Counted from the first letter of the stretch, positions 32,215 to 41,861 are shown. The stretch is 64,000 bases of DNA from Alphaproteobacteria bacterium (GCA_965261975.1 CBDHEC010000056.1:64001-128000), one strand, 5' to 3'. Notes: generated by a model not told the origin, from the letters alone. Translations and numbers: made by a program.

Positions 32215-35200
32215 ATGCTGACCAACTGGACCATTCTTGTTGCGTCGCTGATCTATATCGGCGTCTTGTTTGCGATCGCGTCGTGGGGCGATCGCAAGGC
32301 GGAGCGCCATGGCTCTCGCATCCGCGCCAAGCCGGTGATCTATGCCCTGTCGCTGGCGGTCTACTGCACGTCGTGGACCTTCTATGGCAGCGTCGGGCTG
32401 GCCTCGAGCTCGGGCTATGACTTTGTCCCGGTCTATCTCGGCCCGATCCTCTTGTTCACGGCGGGCTACTTTGTGCTGCGCAAGATCGTGCGGATCGGCA
32501 AGGCCGAGAACATCACCACCATCGCCGACTTCATCGCCGCGCGCTTCGGCAAGAGCCAGGTACTGGCCGCGGTCGTGACCCTGGTCGTCGTGATCGGCAT
32601 CCTTCCCTATATCGCGCTGCAGCTGAAGGCGGTCTCGACCAGCTTCAACGTGCTGGTCAGCTATCCCGAGATCATCATGCCGGCCGGCGTGGCGGGCACG
32701 GCCTGGTGGACCGATACAGCACTGGTTGTGGCGCTGTTGATGGCCGTGTTCTCGATCATGTTCGGCACCCGCAACATCGATGCGACCGAGCATCATCAAG
32801 GGATGATGCTGGCCATTGCGTTTGAATCGATCGTGAAGCTGGTGGCATTTCTGGCGGCGGGAATCTTCGTCACCTTCTACATGTTCGACGGGTTCGGCGA
32901 TCTGGCGGCGCGCGCCGGCGCGGTGGATCGTATCGCGGAGCGGTTTGCCGTCGATATTCACATATCCAGCTGGGTCACGATCACGCTGCTGTCGCTGATG
33001 GCGATCATCTGCCTGCCCCGCCAGTTCCATGTGGCTGTGGTGGAGAATGCGGATGAAGGCGAACTGAAGACGGCCGCCTGGATGTTTCCGGCTTATCTCG
33101 TACTGATCAACATCTTCGTCATTCCCATCGCGCTGGCCGGGATGCTGCTGTTCGGCAATGGCGGGGTCGATGCCGACACCTTTGTGCTCACCCTGCCGAT
33201 GCTGGCCCAGCAGGAGACTCTCACCCTGTTCGTTTTCATCGGCGGCCTGTCGGCGGCCACGGGTATGGTGATCGTCGCCACCGTGGCCCTGGCGACGATG
33301 ATCTCGAACGATGTGTTCATGCCGCTCTACCTGCGCTATCGCCATGGCGGCGCGCGCGGTGATGCCGATGTGGGCGCTACGCTTTTGAATGTCCGACGGA
33401 TCGCGATGACCGCGATCCTGCTCCTGGCCTTCGCCTATTACAGGGTGGCGGGCGAGGGGCAGGCGTTGGCGTCGATCGGGCTGATTTCCTTTGCCGGTGT
33501 CGCCCAGTTCGCCCCGGCGATCTTCGGGGGTATTTTCTGGTCCCGCGCGACCCGCGTGGGCGCGCTTGCCGGCATCCTCGCGGGCAGTGCGGTCTGGCTC
33601 TACACGCTGCTGCTGCCGACCTTCGCCGCCAGCTCATGGTTCCCGGAGACGCTGCTCACGGCGGGACCCGCTGGCATCGCCATGCTGCGGCCGCAGGCAT
33701 TGTTCGGCGTGGAATTTGGTGACCCGCTGTCCCATGGCGTGTTCTGGAGCCTGGCGGCCAACATCACGTTGCTGGTGGTCCTCTCGCTGCTCAACAAGCC
33801 GAGCGTGGTCGAGCGCGGGCAGGCGCGGGCTTTCGTCGAGGTGATGGGCGCAGAACGCACGGCACGGCCAAGGACATATAAGGGCGTTCTCACGATCCGG
33901 GATCTGGCGGATCTGACGAGGCGTTATCTGGGGGCGGCCGTTTCGGACCGGGCCTTCGCGGAGTATCTGGCCGAACGGGAGCCGACATTATCGGCGGACG
34001 ACCCGGTCGATGCCGGCGTGCTGCGCTTTGCCGAGCGCCTGCTCGCCAGCGCGATCGGTGCTTCGTCGGCGCGGCTCGTGATCTCCCTGTCGCTCGAGCG
34101 CGAGGATATCGACATCGAGAGCGCCATGTCGCTGCTCGACGATGCGTCGGCGGCCATCCAGTACAACCGTGAATTGTTGCAGATGACAATGGAGAATATG
34201 CGCCAGGGTATCGCGGTGTTCGACGAGGATTTGCGGCTGGCATGGCACAATGAGCGCTTCCGGGACTATCTCGGCCTGCCGGAAAAATACGGTCGCGTGG
34301 GCGTACCGGTCGAAGACATTATCCGCTACTCCGCCGAGCAGGGCGAATACGGGCCGGGCGAGGTCGAGACGATCGTCAACGACCTGTTGGCGCAGTATCG
34401 CACGCGCGAACCCGCAACCTATGAACGCCGTCTCGACGACGGCACGGTGCTCGAGGTCCTCACCAGCCCGATGCCCGCGGGCGGGGTCGCGGTGAGCCTG
34501 ATGGACCTGACCGATCGCGTGTTGGCGGCGGCGGAGCTTGAGGAGGCCAAGCGCGACCTGGAGCAACGCGTGGATGAGCGCACCCGCGACCTGATGGATC
34601 TGAACGAACAGCTGCGCCGTGCCTCGGACGCCGCACAGCAGGCCAATCTGGGCAAGACGCGGTTCCTCGCGGCAGCCAGCCATGACCTGCTGCAGCCTCT
34701 GAATGCTGCGCGGCTGTTCCTGTCGTCGCTGGCCGAAAAACCGATCGAGAATGAGAATGCCGAACTGGTGGGCCGGGTCGACACATCCCTGCGCTCGGTC
34801 GAGGAACTCCTGTCGGGCTTGCTGGATATCTCGAAGCTCGATGCGGGCGGTGTCGCGCCGCAGATCGAGGATTTCAATGTCGGTGAATTGCTGCGCGCTC
34901 TGGGGACGGAGTTTGCCCCCTTTGCCGAGGAACGCGACATCGACCTGCGGGTGATCGACTCGAACCGAATCTTGCGCAGTGACCGGCAGCAGTTGCGGCG
35001 CATCCTGCAGAACCTTCTCTCCAATGCGATCCGTTATACGCCCACCGGCGGGCGCGTGTTGATCGGCTGCCGGAGCGCGGGTGAGCGGGTGAAACTGGAG
35101 GTCTGGGATACCGGCCCCGGAATTCCGGCGGACATGCGCGATGCTGTGTTCCAGGAGTTTCAGCGCCTCCCCCATGGCGAGACCGACGACAAGGGGCTGG

Positions 35201-35763
35201 GCCTGGGGCTCGCCATTGTCGACCGGATCGCGCGCATCCTCGGCCATACGATCGAGCTGCGCAGTAATCGCGACAAGGGTTCCGTGTTTGCGGTGACGGT
35301 ACCGCGCGGGCTGGTTTCGACCGAGACCGACCCGGCGGTATCACGTCCGGTGATTCGCGCGGGCGAGCTGGCCGGTGCCGTGGTGCTTTGCATCGACGAC
35401 AATCGGGATGTTCGCGAGGGTATGGCGTCGCTGCTGGGCGGCTGGGACTGCGATGTGCGTACCGCGGCGGCCGGCAGCGAGTGGCGGCGCGAGCTGGGCG
35501 GAGACGCACCGGACATCATCGTCGCCGATTATCATCTCGCCGGTGGTGAAAAGGGCCCCGACGTGATCACCGAAGTCTGCGGGGTCTACGAGCGGGTGAT
35601 CCCGGCGATCATTGTGACGGCCGATCCGGGCGAGGAGCTTCGCGAGGAGGCCGGACGGCGCGGGCATGTGGTGCTGTCCAAGCCCGTCAAACCCGCGGCG
35701 CTGCGCGCGCTGATGACGCGCATGCTGGCGCAACGCGCAACGGTGCGCCGCGAAGCGTCCTGA
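32215..35763 (+). CDS. Sodium:solute symporter-PAS hybrid histidine kinase (CrbS/MxtR/PrlS family)
   Basis: YALSLAVYCTSWTFYGSVG, PYIALQLKA, LPRQFH SLC5-like domain; STAC-like segment LASAIGASSAR; H-box ASHDLLQPL; C-terminal receiver. Confidence 0.93.
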   Translation: MLTNWTILVASLIYIGVLFAIASWGDRKAERHGSRIRAKPVIYALSLAVYCTSWTFYGSVGLASSSGYDFVPVYLGPILLFTAGYFVLRKIVRIGKAENITTIADFIAARFGKSQVLAAVVTLVVVIGILPYIALQLKAVSTSFNVLVSYPEIIMPAGVAGTAWWTDTALVVALLMAVFSIMFGTRNIDATEHHQGMMLAIAFESIVKLVAFLAAGIFVTFYMFDGFGDLAARAGAVDRIAERFAVDIHISSWVTITLLSLMAIICLPRQFHVAVVENADEGELKTAAWMFPAYLVLINIFVIPIALAGMLLFGNGGVDADTFVLTLPMLAQQETLTLFVFIGGLSAATGMVIVATVALATMISNDVFMPLYLRYRHGGARGDADVGATLLNVRRIAMTAILLLAFAYYRVAGEGQALASIGLISFAGVAQFAPAIFGGIFWSRATRVGALAGILAGSAVWLYTLLLPTFAASSWFPETLLTAGPAGIAMLRPQALFGVEFGDPLSHGVFWSLAANITLLVVLSLLNKPSVVERGQARAFVEVMGAERTARPRTYKGVLTIRDLADLTRRYLGAAVSDRAFAEYLAEREPTLSADDPVDAGVLRFAERLLASAIGASSARLVISLSLEREDIDIESAMSLLDDASAAIQYNRELLQMTMENMRQGIAVFDEDLRLAWHNERFRDYLGLPEKYGRVGVPVEDIIRYSAEQGEYGPGEVETIVNDLLAQYRTREPATYERRLDDGTVLEVLTSPMPAGGVAVSLMDLTDRVLAAAELEEAKRDLEQRVDERTRDLMDLNEQLRRASDAAQQANLGKTRFLAAASHDLLQPLNAARLFLSSLAEKPIENENAELVGRVDTSLRSVEELLSGLLDISKLDAGGVAPQIEDFNVGELLRALGTEFAPFAEERDIDLRVIDSNRILRSDRQQLRRILQNLLSNAIRYTPTGGRVLIGCRSAGERVKLEVWDTGPGIPADMRDAVFQEFQRLPHGETDDKGLGLGLAIVDRIARILGHTIELRSNRDKGSVFAVTVPRGLVSTETDPAVSRPVIRAGELAGAVVLCIDDNRDVREGMASLLGGWDCDVRTAAAGSEWRRELGGDAPDIIVADYHLAGGEKGPDVITEVCGVYERVIPAIIVTADPGEELREEAGRRGHVVLSKPVKPAALRALMTRMLAQRATVRREAS

Positions 35764-35781
35764 ATTCAAGATTTCGTCGGA

Positions 35782-36447
35782 TCAGCCCGCCGGGATTTCG
35801 CGCGCGGGGTCGTCGACATTGAGGCGGCCGGCGAGGATAACGGCTTGGGTGCGGCTGTTGACGCCCAGTTTCTGCAGGATCGCCGAGACGTGGGATTTGA
35901 CCGTCGCTTCGGATATTTCGAGATCATAGGCGATCTGCTTGTTCAGCTTGCCGTCCGACAGCATGCCCAGCACGCGAAGCTGCTGGGGGGTGAGTGTCGT
36001 CAGGCGCGCGGCGAGCCGCGCGTCTTCTTCTGACGTATCGGGCAGGTCGTTTACCCCGGTCGGCAACCAGTTGTTGCCGGCGATGATGTCGCGGACCGCG
36101 CCGCGGATGTCATCCATCGGCGCTGATTTGGGAATGAATCCGGCCGCGCCGTAGTCGACCGCCTGGCGCATGATGCGCGCGTCCGTGCTGGCGGAGATCA
36201 TCGCGATCGGGACCTCGGGGAATTCGGATCGCAGATAGACCAGGCCGGTGAAGCCACGCATCCCGGGCATATGCAGGTCGAGCAACAGGAGATCCGGTAC
36301 ACCCTCGCGGCGGATCGTCGCTTCCGCTTCCGCCAGGCTCGCGGCCTCGTGGAAAACGGCACCGGACATATCCTGCGCGATGGTTTGCTTGAGGGCGTCG
36401 CGCACCAGCGGATGGTCGTCCGCTATGACGATGACGCAATCAGACAT
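35782..36447 (-). CDS. NarL/LuxR-type response regulator (CrbR/ErdR/PrlR-like)
   Basis: IADDHPL, LLDLHMPG, GFIPKS, LTPQQ, NKQIAY, TVKSHVSAIL; convergent with the kinase. Confidence 0.93.
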   Translation of the reverse strand: MSDCVIVIADDHPLVRDALKQTIAQDMSGAVFHEAASLAEAEATIRREGVPDLLLLDLHMPGMRGFTGLVYLRSEFPEVPIAMISASTDARIMRQAVDYGAAGFIPKSAPMDDIRGAVRDIIAGNNWLPTGVNDLPDTSEEDARLAARLTTLTPQQLRVLGMLSDGKLNKQIAYDLEISEATVKSHVSAILQKLGVNSRTQAVILAGRLNVDDPAREIPAG

Positions 36448-36543
36448 TGGGCCTCCCCCCGGTTCCGGATCGTTGTCCGGGCACTGTTGCCGTTACCTTA
36501 GGCTGGCCGGACCGACGGCGTCCAGCGTGCGTTGGCCTGCCGG

Positions 36544-37965
36544 TCAGGCGGCGGGGTCGAGAGCATCGGTTTTTCCGTCGGGCGCATCTATACCGGCGTA
36601 GAGCCGGTCGCGCAGGCCCGCGCCGTTGACCTCGCACATCGATCGCAACTCACCGTTGATCGGAACCTGGAAGGCGCACTGGGCGACGCGTTCACGCCCG
36701 GCGGGCGTGTCGAGTTCATCGGCGCTCATGAAATGATGGGCGACGACGGAGAAACGGTGCAGCTGGGTTCGGCCGGTCAGGGCCCGCAGGGCAAATCGCA
36801 TCGGCCGGTCGGGATCGAACCGCCGGGCCCAGCCCCAGCCCGTCGCGGGAACATCCCAGAAGAAGAAACGCGGCGCGCGAAACAGCATGCCGATGAGCCG
36901 CGCGGCGGCCTCCGACGGCCGGTCGGCGCGAAAGGTAGCACCGGCAAAACTGGCGAACAGCCGGTCGAGGAAGCGCCGGTCGCGCACGCTGCTCTCGGGG
37001 CTGAGGGGGACGAAGCGGGGGCCGGTGTCCACCTCGGCGGTCGTGCCGATCACGAAGCGGCTGCAGTCGGGGTGGGCCATGAACCACTGGTTGGCGGTGA
37101 GCCGGTCGCGGTTGGTTTCCTCGATCGACAGGCCGCGTTCGATTTCGGCCCACAGGGCCTCGGCGGTGATCCGGCCGATGCCGTCTTCTGTGCGGCCGAC
37201 ATGGGCCACGGGCAGCAGGCCGACCATGCGGAACACGTCGGCGTTGGCCTGGGCGAAGGCCACGATGTCGCCCACCTCGGGCAGATTGTCTTGTGTCACG
37301 GTGACCGTGCTGGCCACCCGCAGTGTGCGGCCGGTCTCGCGGCGGACCCGGCGGATCATGGCGACGAACCGCGCGCGCAAATCCATCAGCTCGGCCTCGC
37401 GGGTTGCGTACTTGAACTCCCGGTCGCGGCGCCCGCGTTGGGTGGTGTCGATGTGGAGGCTGAGTTCTTCCAGCCCGCCCTCGACCATCAGGCGCTTAAG
37501 CAGGTCCGGGTCGCGCAGGAAACCGTCGCCATGGCTCATCAGCATCGGGATCAGCTCGATGTCGCGCGCGTGGCGCAGAATCTCGATCACGTCTTCGGCG
37601 GGTCGCAGCGCGACCTCGCCGTCGGTCAGCTGCACGTTGCCCCAGGGGCCGAGCGCGGCGCGCAGCAGGTCGAGCTGCGCCTTGACGTCGGCCAGCGGCA
37701 GTTCCGGGGTGCGGTTGGCGTCGGCCCCCAGATAGCAGCCGCGGCAGGCGAAGTCGCATTTCGGCATCACGCCGATGGTCGCCCCGCAGCCTTCCTCGTG
37801 GCGGCCATACATCTGGTTGGCGGTCCGGAAACGCGGGTCGAGCCGCGCCCATGCCGCGTCCAGGCTGTCGCGTGTCTCGCGCGAGACCGGCCTGCGCAAC
37901 AGCCGCCAAAGGCGCGCCGCGCTGACAGGACGGTTGTGAGAGGAAGTGGTCCCGAGGAAACTCAT
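36544..37965 (-). CDS. Radical SAM protein resembling tetraether synthase (Tes/GDGT-MAS, MJ0619 family)
   Basis: CDFACRGC motif, QLTDGE, NLPEVGDIV...LPV...GR, HPDC, HFM...ERVAQC...SMCEVN. Confidence 0.8.
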   Translation of the reverse strand: MSFLGTTSSHNRPVSAARLWRLLRRPVSRETRDSLDAAWARLDPRFRTANQMYGRHEEGCGATIGVMPKCDFACRGCYLGADANRTPELPLADVKAQLDLLRAALGPWGNVQLTDGEVALRPAEDVIEILRHARDIELIPMLMSHGDGFLRDPDLLKRLMVEGGLEELSLHIDTTQRGRRDREFKYATREAELMDLRARFVAMIRRVRRETGRTLRVASTVTVTQDNLPEVGDIVAFAQANADVFRMVGLLPVAHVGRTEDGIGRITAEALWAEIERGLSIEETNRDRLTANQWFMAHPDCSRFVIGTTAEVDTGPRFVPLSPESSVRDRRFLDRLFASFAGATFRADRPSEAAARLIGMLFRAPRFFFWDVPATGWGWARRFDPDRPMRFALRALTGRTQLHRFSVVAHHFMSADELDTPAGRERVAQCAFQVPINGELRSMCEVNGAGLRDRLYAGIDAPDGKTDALDPAA

Positions 37966-38079
37966 CGCGTCGCCCGTTTTTCTGAAGCCCTGATGGGGGT
38001 CTTCGAACGAGGCTTATGTAGCGACCGCCCTGGCGGGCGGGGACTCAACTTATCGTGTTGTGGCTGCGACCAGTCGCCG

Positions 38080-38787
38080 TTACGACGCGGGCCCCGGCAG
38101 GGTGATGCCGTAGCGCCAGCGTTCGATGGTCACGTCTGAGAACACGCCGCCATAGTTGAGCGGTTCGCCTTCCCAGAATTCGTCACAGGCCGCGCGGTCG
38201 GGATATTCCATGATCATCATCGAGCCGATCATCTGGCTGCCATCGTCGTTGAACATGGGCCCGCGGGCCACGTAACGATCCATCACCGAGGCCTGATACT
38301 TGTGATGGGCCTCGGCAACCGCGGCGCGCTTCGCCTCGGAATCCTCGCCGTCCATCGCGGTGACCACGAACTGCTCCCAGCCTTCGGTGCGCGGATAGTC
38401 GGACCAGCGCAGATCCATCGACGACGACCAGCGGGTGATCGATATCTCGCCGAAGGCGCCGGCCTGGGTGTAGCCCTCGTTGTCCATCCAGGCCTGGGCG
38501 GCCGCCTTGTCGGGTGCGTCGATGAGCGCCATCGCCCCGGCCGGGGCGGAACCGTCATCGGTCAGCAGGGGCCCGGAGAAGCGGATCTGGTTCTGATGGG
38601 CGCGCAGATAGGCCTGGTGGGCGTCCATCGCCGATTCACGCAGTTCGAGCCCGCCATCGGCCTTGAAATAGCCCTTGCAGATCCAGCTCGGGCTCTTGGT
38701 CCGGTAATATTCGTCGAGTTCGGCCTCGGAAAGGCCGTAGCGCGGATCGCCGGGCAGGGCGCCGGACGGATTGTTGGGATCGGACAT
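38080..38787 (-). CDS. Tandem YciI-domain protein
   Basis: Two repeats of R...AH..Y...GP...DDGS..G.M; start reassigned to ATG 38787 (MSDPNNP). Confidence 0.78.
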   Translation of the reverse strand: MSDPNNPSGALPGDPRYGLSEAELDEYYRTKSPSWICKGYFKADGGLELRESAMDAHQAYLRAHQNQIRFSGPLLTDDGSAPAGAMALIDAPDKAAAQAWMDNEGYTQAGAFGEISITRWSSSMDLRWSDYPRTEGWEQFVVTAMDGEDSEAKRAAVAEAHHKYQASVMDRYVARGPMFNDDGSQMIGSMMIMEYPDRAACDEFWEGEPLNYGGVFSDVTIERWRYGITLPGPAS

Positions 38788-38952
38788 CGTGCTGGTTCCC
38801 CCTGATTGAGTGATGTTGGCCGCATGGTCGCCGCTGACGTGGCCAAACACAAGGCGTCCGGCCGCAACCCACATATGTGGAATCTGGAGATTCGCCCGTC
38901 GGGTCCTTTCCCGTCTAAGCTGGGGTGCAGCACAACAAGGGGAGGACACATC

Positions 38953-39477
38953 ATGGCACGCACATTCCGTCGTGTGGTCACGGGCCACAACGCCGCCGGC
39001 AAGTCGATCATCTGGAAGGACGGTGATGCCCCCCAGACCATCGAGCCATTGCCGGGCCTGTTCCTGCACGAATATTGGGAGACGACGGCACCCGCCGACA
39101 ACACCGGCGAGACGGACACGGCAATTCGTGAGAATTCCATCGAGCCCCATGATCCCAACGGGACGATTTTCCGGGTCGTCGATTTCCCGCCTGACGAGGC
39201 CTGGAAGGGGGCCGACGTCGGCGCGGCCTTCGACGAGATGGGCTCGGGCGCGGCCCATGACGGTGATTCCGAGACGGATGGCATGCACGAGACCCAGACG
39301 ACCGATTTCGCCATCGTGCTCGAGGGCGAAATGTGGGCGGTCATGGAGGAGGGCGAGACTCTCCTGAAGGCGGGCGACGTGCTGGTCCAGCGCGGCACCA
39401 ACCACGCCTGGTCGAACCGGTCGGGCAAGAATGCCGCGATTGCCTTCGTGCTGATCGGCGCGAAACCGCGGAGCTAG
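38953..39477 (+). CDS. Cupin domain protein
   Basis: RRVVTGH, MHETQTTDFAIVLEGE, GDVLVQRGTNHAWSN; GGAGG RBS. Confidence 0.9.
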   Translation: MARTFRRVVTGHNAAGKSIIWKDGDAPQTIEPLPGLFLHEYWETTAPADNTGETDTAIRENSIEPHDPNGTIFRVVDFPPDEAWKGADVGAAFDEMGSGAAHDGDSETDGMHETQTTDFAIVLEGEMWAVMEEGETLLKAGDVLVQRGTNHAWSNRSGKNAAIAFVLIGAKPRS

Positions 39478-39481
39478 CCGA

Positions 39482-39874
39482 ATGACCGCAAAACTCCGAC
39501 ACTTTGCCCTGTCCGTTCCTGACCCCCAGAAGGCTGCGGCGTTCTATGAGAATGCGCTGGGCATGACCCGGGTGGGCGAGAACGACCATCCCGGCGCCAC
39601 GGCGGTGTATCTCACCGACGGCACGGTCAATCTGGCATTGCTGCGCTACAAGACCGAGGAGGCCGCGGGCGGCGACCCGGAAAAGTTCGGCGTGCATCAC
39701 TTCGGTTTCATCGTCGATGACGTCGAGGCCGCCCAGGGCGAGATCGAGGCGGCGGGCGGCAACTGGCTGATGGGCGAGGCGAAGGACGCGGGCGCGTTCT
39801 ACGAGATCAAGTACCGCGACCCGGACGGGGTGATCTTCGACATCAACGAGGGCGGCTGGAAGACGGAGGGGTAG
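39482..39874 (+). CDS. VOC/glyoxalase family protein
   Basis: LRHFAL.V.D, YLTDG.VNLAL, HHFGF.VDD, DPDG..FD. Confidence 0.9.
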   Translation: MTAKLRHFALSVPDPQKAAAFYENALGMTRVGENDHPGATAVYLTDGTVNLALLRYKTEEAAGGDPEKFGVHHFGFIVDDVEAAQGEIEAAGGNWLMGEAKDAGAFYEIKYRDPDGVIFDINEGGWKTEG

Positions 39875-39888
39875 GGCGTTTGGATGCT

Positions 39889-40215
39889 CTAGTTGATGAA
39901 CTTTAGCCCAAACAAGATCTTCAATATCTTTTGAACATTTTTTCTACAGGCATCTACATCTGCGTCTGAGACAGTAGTACTTGCTCGTTCATGTATAATT
40001 TTGTTTCTCATTTCATAATAGTGTTTGGCTTTTTCTAGTAATTCATCCGGAATATCTATTTTTGACGATACTTCTTTTATTACTTTGTGACGGCTTTTAA
40101 ACAAATCCCTGATTCGACCATCGGAGTATTGCTGCTGTGGAAAGAGGTCAGATCGGTGGACTATGAACTCTTTGAGAGAGATTTCGAAATTGCTGTCGAG
40201 CAAAATTAACGACAT
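39889..40215 (-). CDS. HEPN-like domain, in-frame C-terminal continuation of the GHKL ATPase gene
   Basis: Helical-looking, LLDSNFEI..KE and RNKIIH (Rx4H); same frame as 40237-41487, separated by one TAG. Confidence 0.6.
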   Translation of the reverse strand: MSLILLDSNFEISLKEFIVHRSDLFPQQQYSDGRIRDLFKSRHKVIKEVSSKIDIPDELLEKAKHYYEMRNKIIHERASTTVSDADVDACRKNVQKILKILFGLKFIN

Positions 40216-40236
40216 CCGGTTTCTGGTATCAAATTT

Positions 40237-41487
40237 CTACCTTGAAACGACATCCACAGCGCCAATTGCTTCAATGAGACCCAGTGTCCAAGGCATCTTG
40301 TCGAGCTGCTTTTTATTCTTTTCCCTCAGGTGTTCGATCTGTTGTTTTCTTACCTTCGGTAGAGGTGGAAGGCTGATTTTCTGACTATTTGTTATTTGAG
40401 CTTTTGGGATTTTTGTAATCTTACCTTGCGTGTGTCTAAACACCTTGGCGTCCCACTCATGCTTAAGTCGCCGTGAGAGTTTTGAAAAATGAGCTACGAG
40501 TTGGATAAGGGTTGGTCGTATTTTTTGGAATGCAAGGTGATCGTAGTTGATCCCATTCTTGCTGCTGTTCCAGGGCATCAAAATGGCTGGCCCTTCTAAC
40601 CTCACGATAACGCGGCACAGAGAAGCATCGGGATGAGGTACTCCTGCCTCGGAAGTAACAAAATATCCCACTTCTCGTGTTCTCAGTTCCTTAACTATCA
40701 TCCTATTGTTACAATAAAAGTAAACGCCATAATTGTCTGCATCTGGTTCACGGTCTTTTATTAGGCCAGCAGTAATATCGGCTGTAATATGCTGACTATC
40801 ATTTAGAGGTATTTTGATTTTGCAGTTTTGAGGTGCGTATGACGGTGGGTAAGACCAGTTGTCGTATTTTGTTTTTTTTATCTTTGTCCCATTTACGACT
40901 AGGGAGCATTTTGAGCCGAGGAAGTGAGAGTATGTTTCACCCAAATGTCTAATAATCTCTGGTTCGTCGGACTCATCGAAAGTCTTTCTTAGGTTCGAAA
41001 TATGAACTTGTGTTGTGCCTGCAGAGAGATTTGGAATCTCGAATGCTGCGATTTCCCAGTCATTCGTTTCTAGCCAATCATCTTCGATATCTACTTGAAA
41101 ACTTGAGCCTGATTTAGGGCGCGTCTTAATCTGGATGGTGCGACCTAACGCAACTCCTGCTCGCTTACTCCCAACACCAAAAATTCCAATCGATTGAGCG
41201 TTCGGATCGTTGCCGCTGCCACCTGGCGCGACTAGGAGCCTCAGATCACTTTGTTTAACGCCCCCCGCATTGTCGGTTACGGTGATCGTCTGGTGATCGG
41301 AATCTAGTACTACATTGATCTCCAGTTTCTTCTTCTGGTTTCCAAGCAGCCAAATATCGAACGCGTTGTCGACTAATTCACACAGTCCAGTTTTTAGGTC
41401 GTAGTCAGCGATTATCGACCAAAACATTCTTTTTTCGGGAGTCGCATCGATCGGTGCAATTTCCGTTTTTCGAGTTACAGCATTCAT
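40237..41487 (-). CDS. MORC-type GHKL ATPase on an AT-rich islet, interrupted by TAG at 40237-40239
   Basis: ELVDNAFD, TDNAGG, IGIFGVGSK, GT.V GHKL boxes; YGVYFYCNNRMI S5-like segment. Confidence 0.8.
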   Translation of the reverse strand: MNAVTRKTEIAPIDATPEKRMFWSIIADYDLKTGLCELVDNAFDIWLLGNQKKKLEINVVLDSDHQTITVTDNAGGVKQSDLRLLVAPGGSGNDPNAQSIGIFGVGSKRAGVALGRTIQIKTRPKSGSSFQVDIEDDWLETNDWEIAAFEIPNLSAGTTQVHISNLRKTFDESDEPEIIRHLGETYSHFLGSKCSLVVNGTKIKKTKYDNWSYPPSYAPQNCKIKIPLNDSQHITADITAGLIKDREPDADNYGVYFYCNNRMIVKELRTREVGYFVTSEAGVPHPDASLCRVIVRLEGPAILMPWNSSKNGINYDHLAFQKIRPTLIQLVAHFSKLSRRLKHEWDAKVFRHTQGKITKIPKAQITNSQKISLPPLPKVRKQQIEHLREKNKKQLDKMPWTLGLIEAIGAVDVVSR

Positions 41488-41861
41488 GGGGGACCCCGAA
41501 CTTCAGTGCTGTGAAAGCGTTGCGATAGTAAGAACGTGAACACAACTTTATCGAGAGTTTCGATTCCTGAATATCCAGAGTAGGTCGTATTCGAGCTCCC
41601 ACCAACCCAAATTCCTCTAGCGAAAAGTGCTGCATCGGGCGTCGGCTGCGAGCGTCTCAGCCAATTCGATACCGGACACGAGGGCGCCGAAGGGGCCGTC
41701 TGGCGGATCGACGGAGAGCTTGCTCATACACCGATACTAACACCGACAGACACCGCCGGTTCGCCCCCCGAACTTCAACCTGTCGCCGGGCGTTTCCCTG
41801 TGTGGGGTGGTCGCGGTAGTCTGGTGCCAACAAACAAGATTACCTCCCGGGAGTAAAGTTG

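Larger units (their letters stand above)
39875..41640. other. AT-rich horizontally acquired islet
   Basis: Abrupt drop in GC (roughly 40-45% versus about 65-70% in flanks, estimated by eye) with A/T-ending codons. Confidence 0.8.

Noticed and set aside
40237-40239. Pyrrolysine decoding of the in-frame TAG
   Set aside because: No pyl genes in the window, not a methylamine methyltransferase, and not expected in this lineage.
41559-41604. TTCGATTCC...GCTCCCACCA resembling the tRNA-Ala 3' end (possible attR)
   Set aside because: The matches are short, non-contiguous and imperfect; they do not form a duplicated att core.
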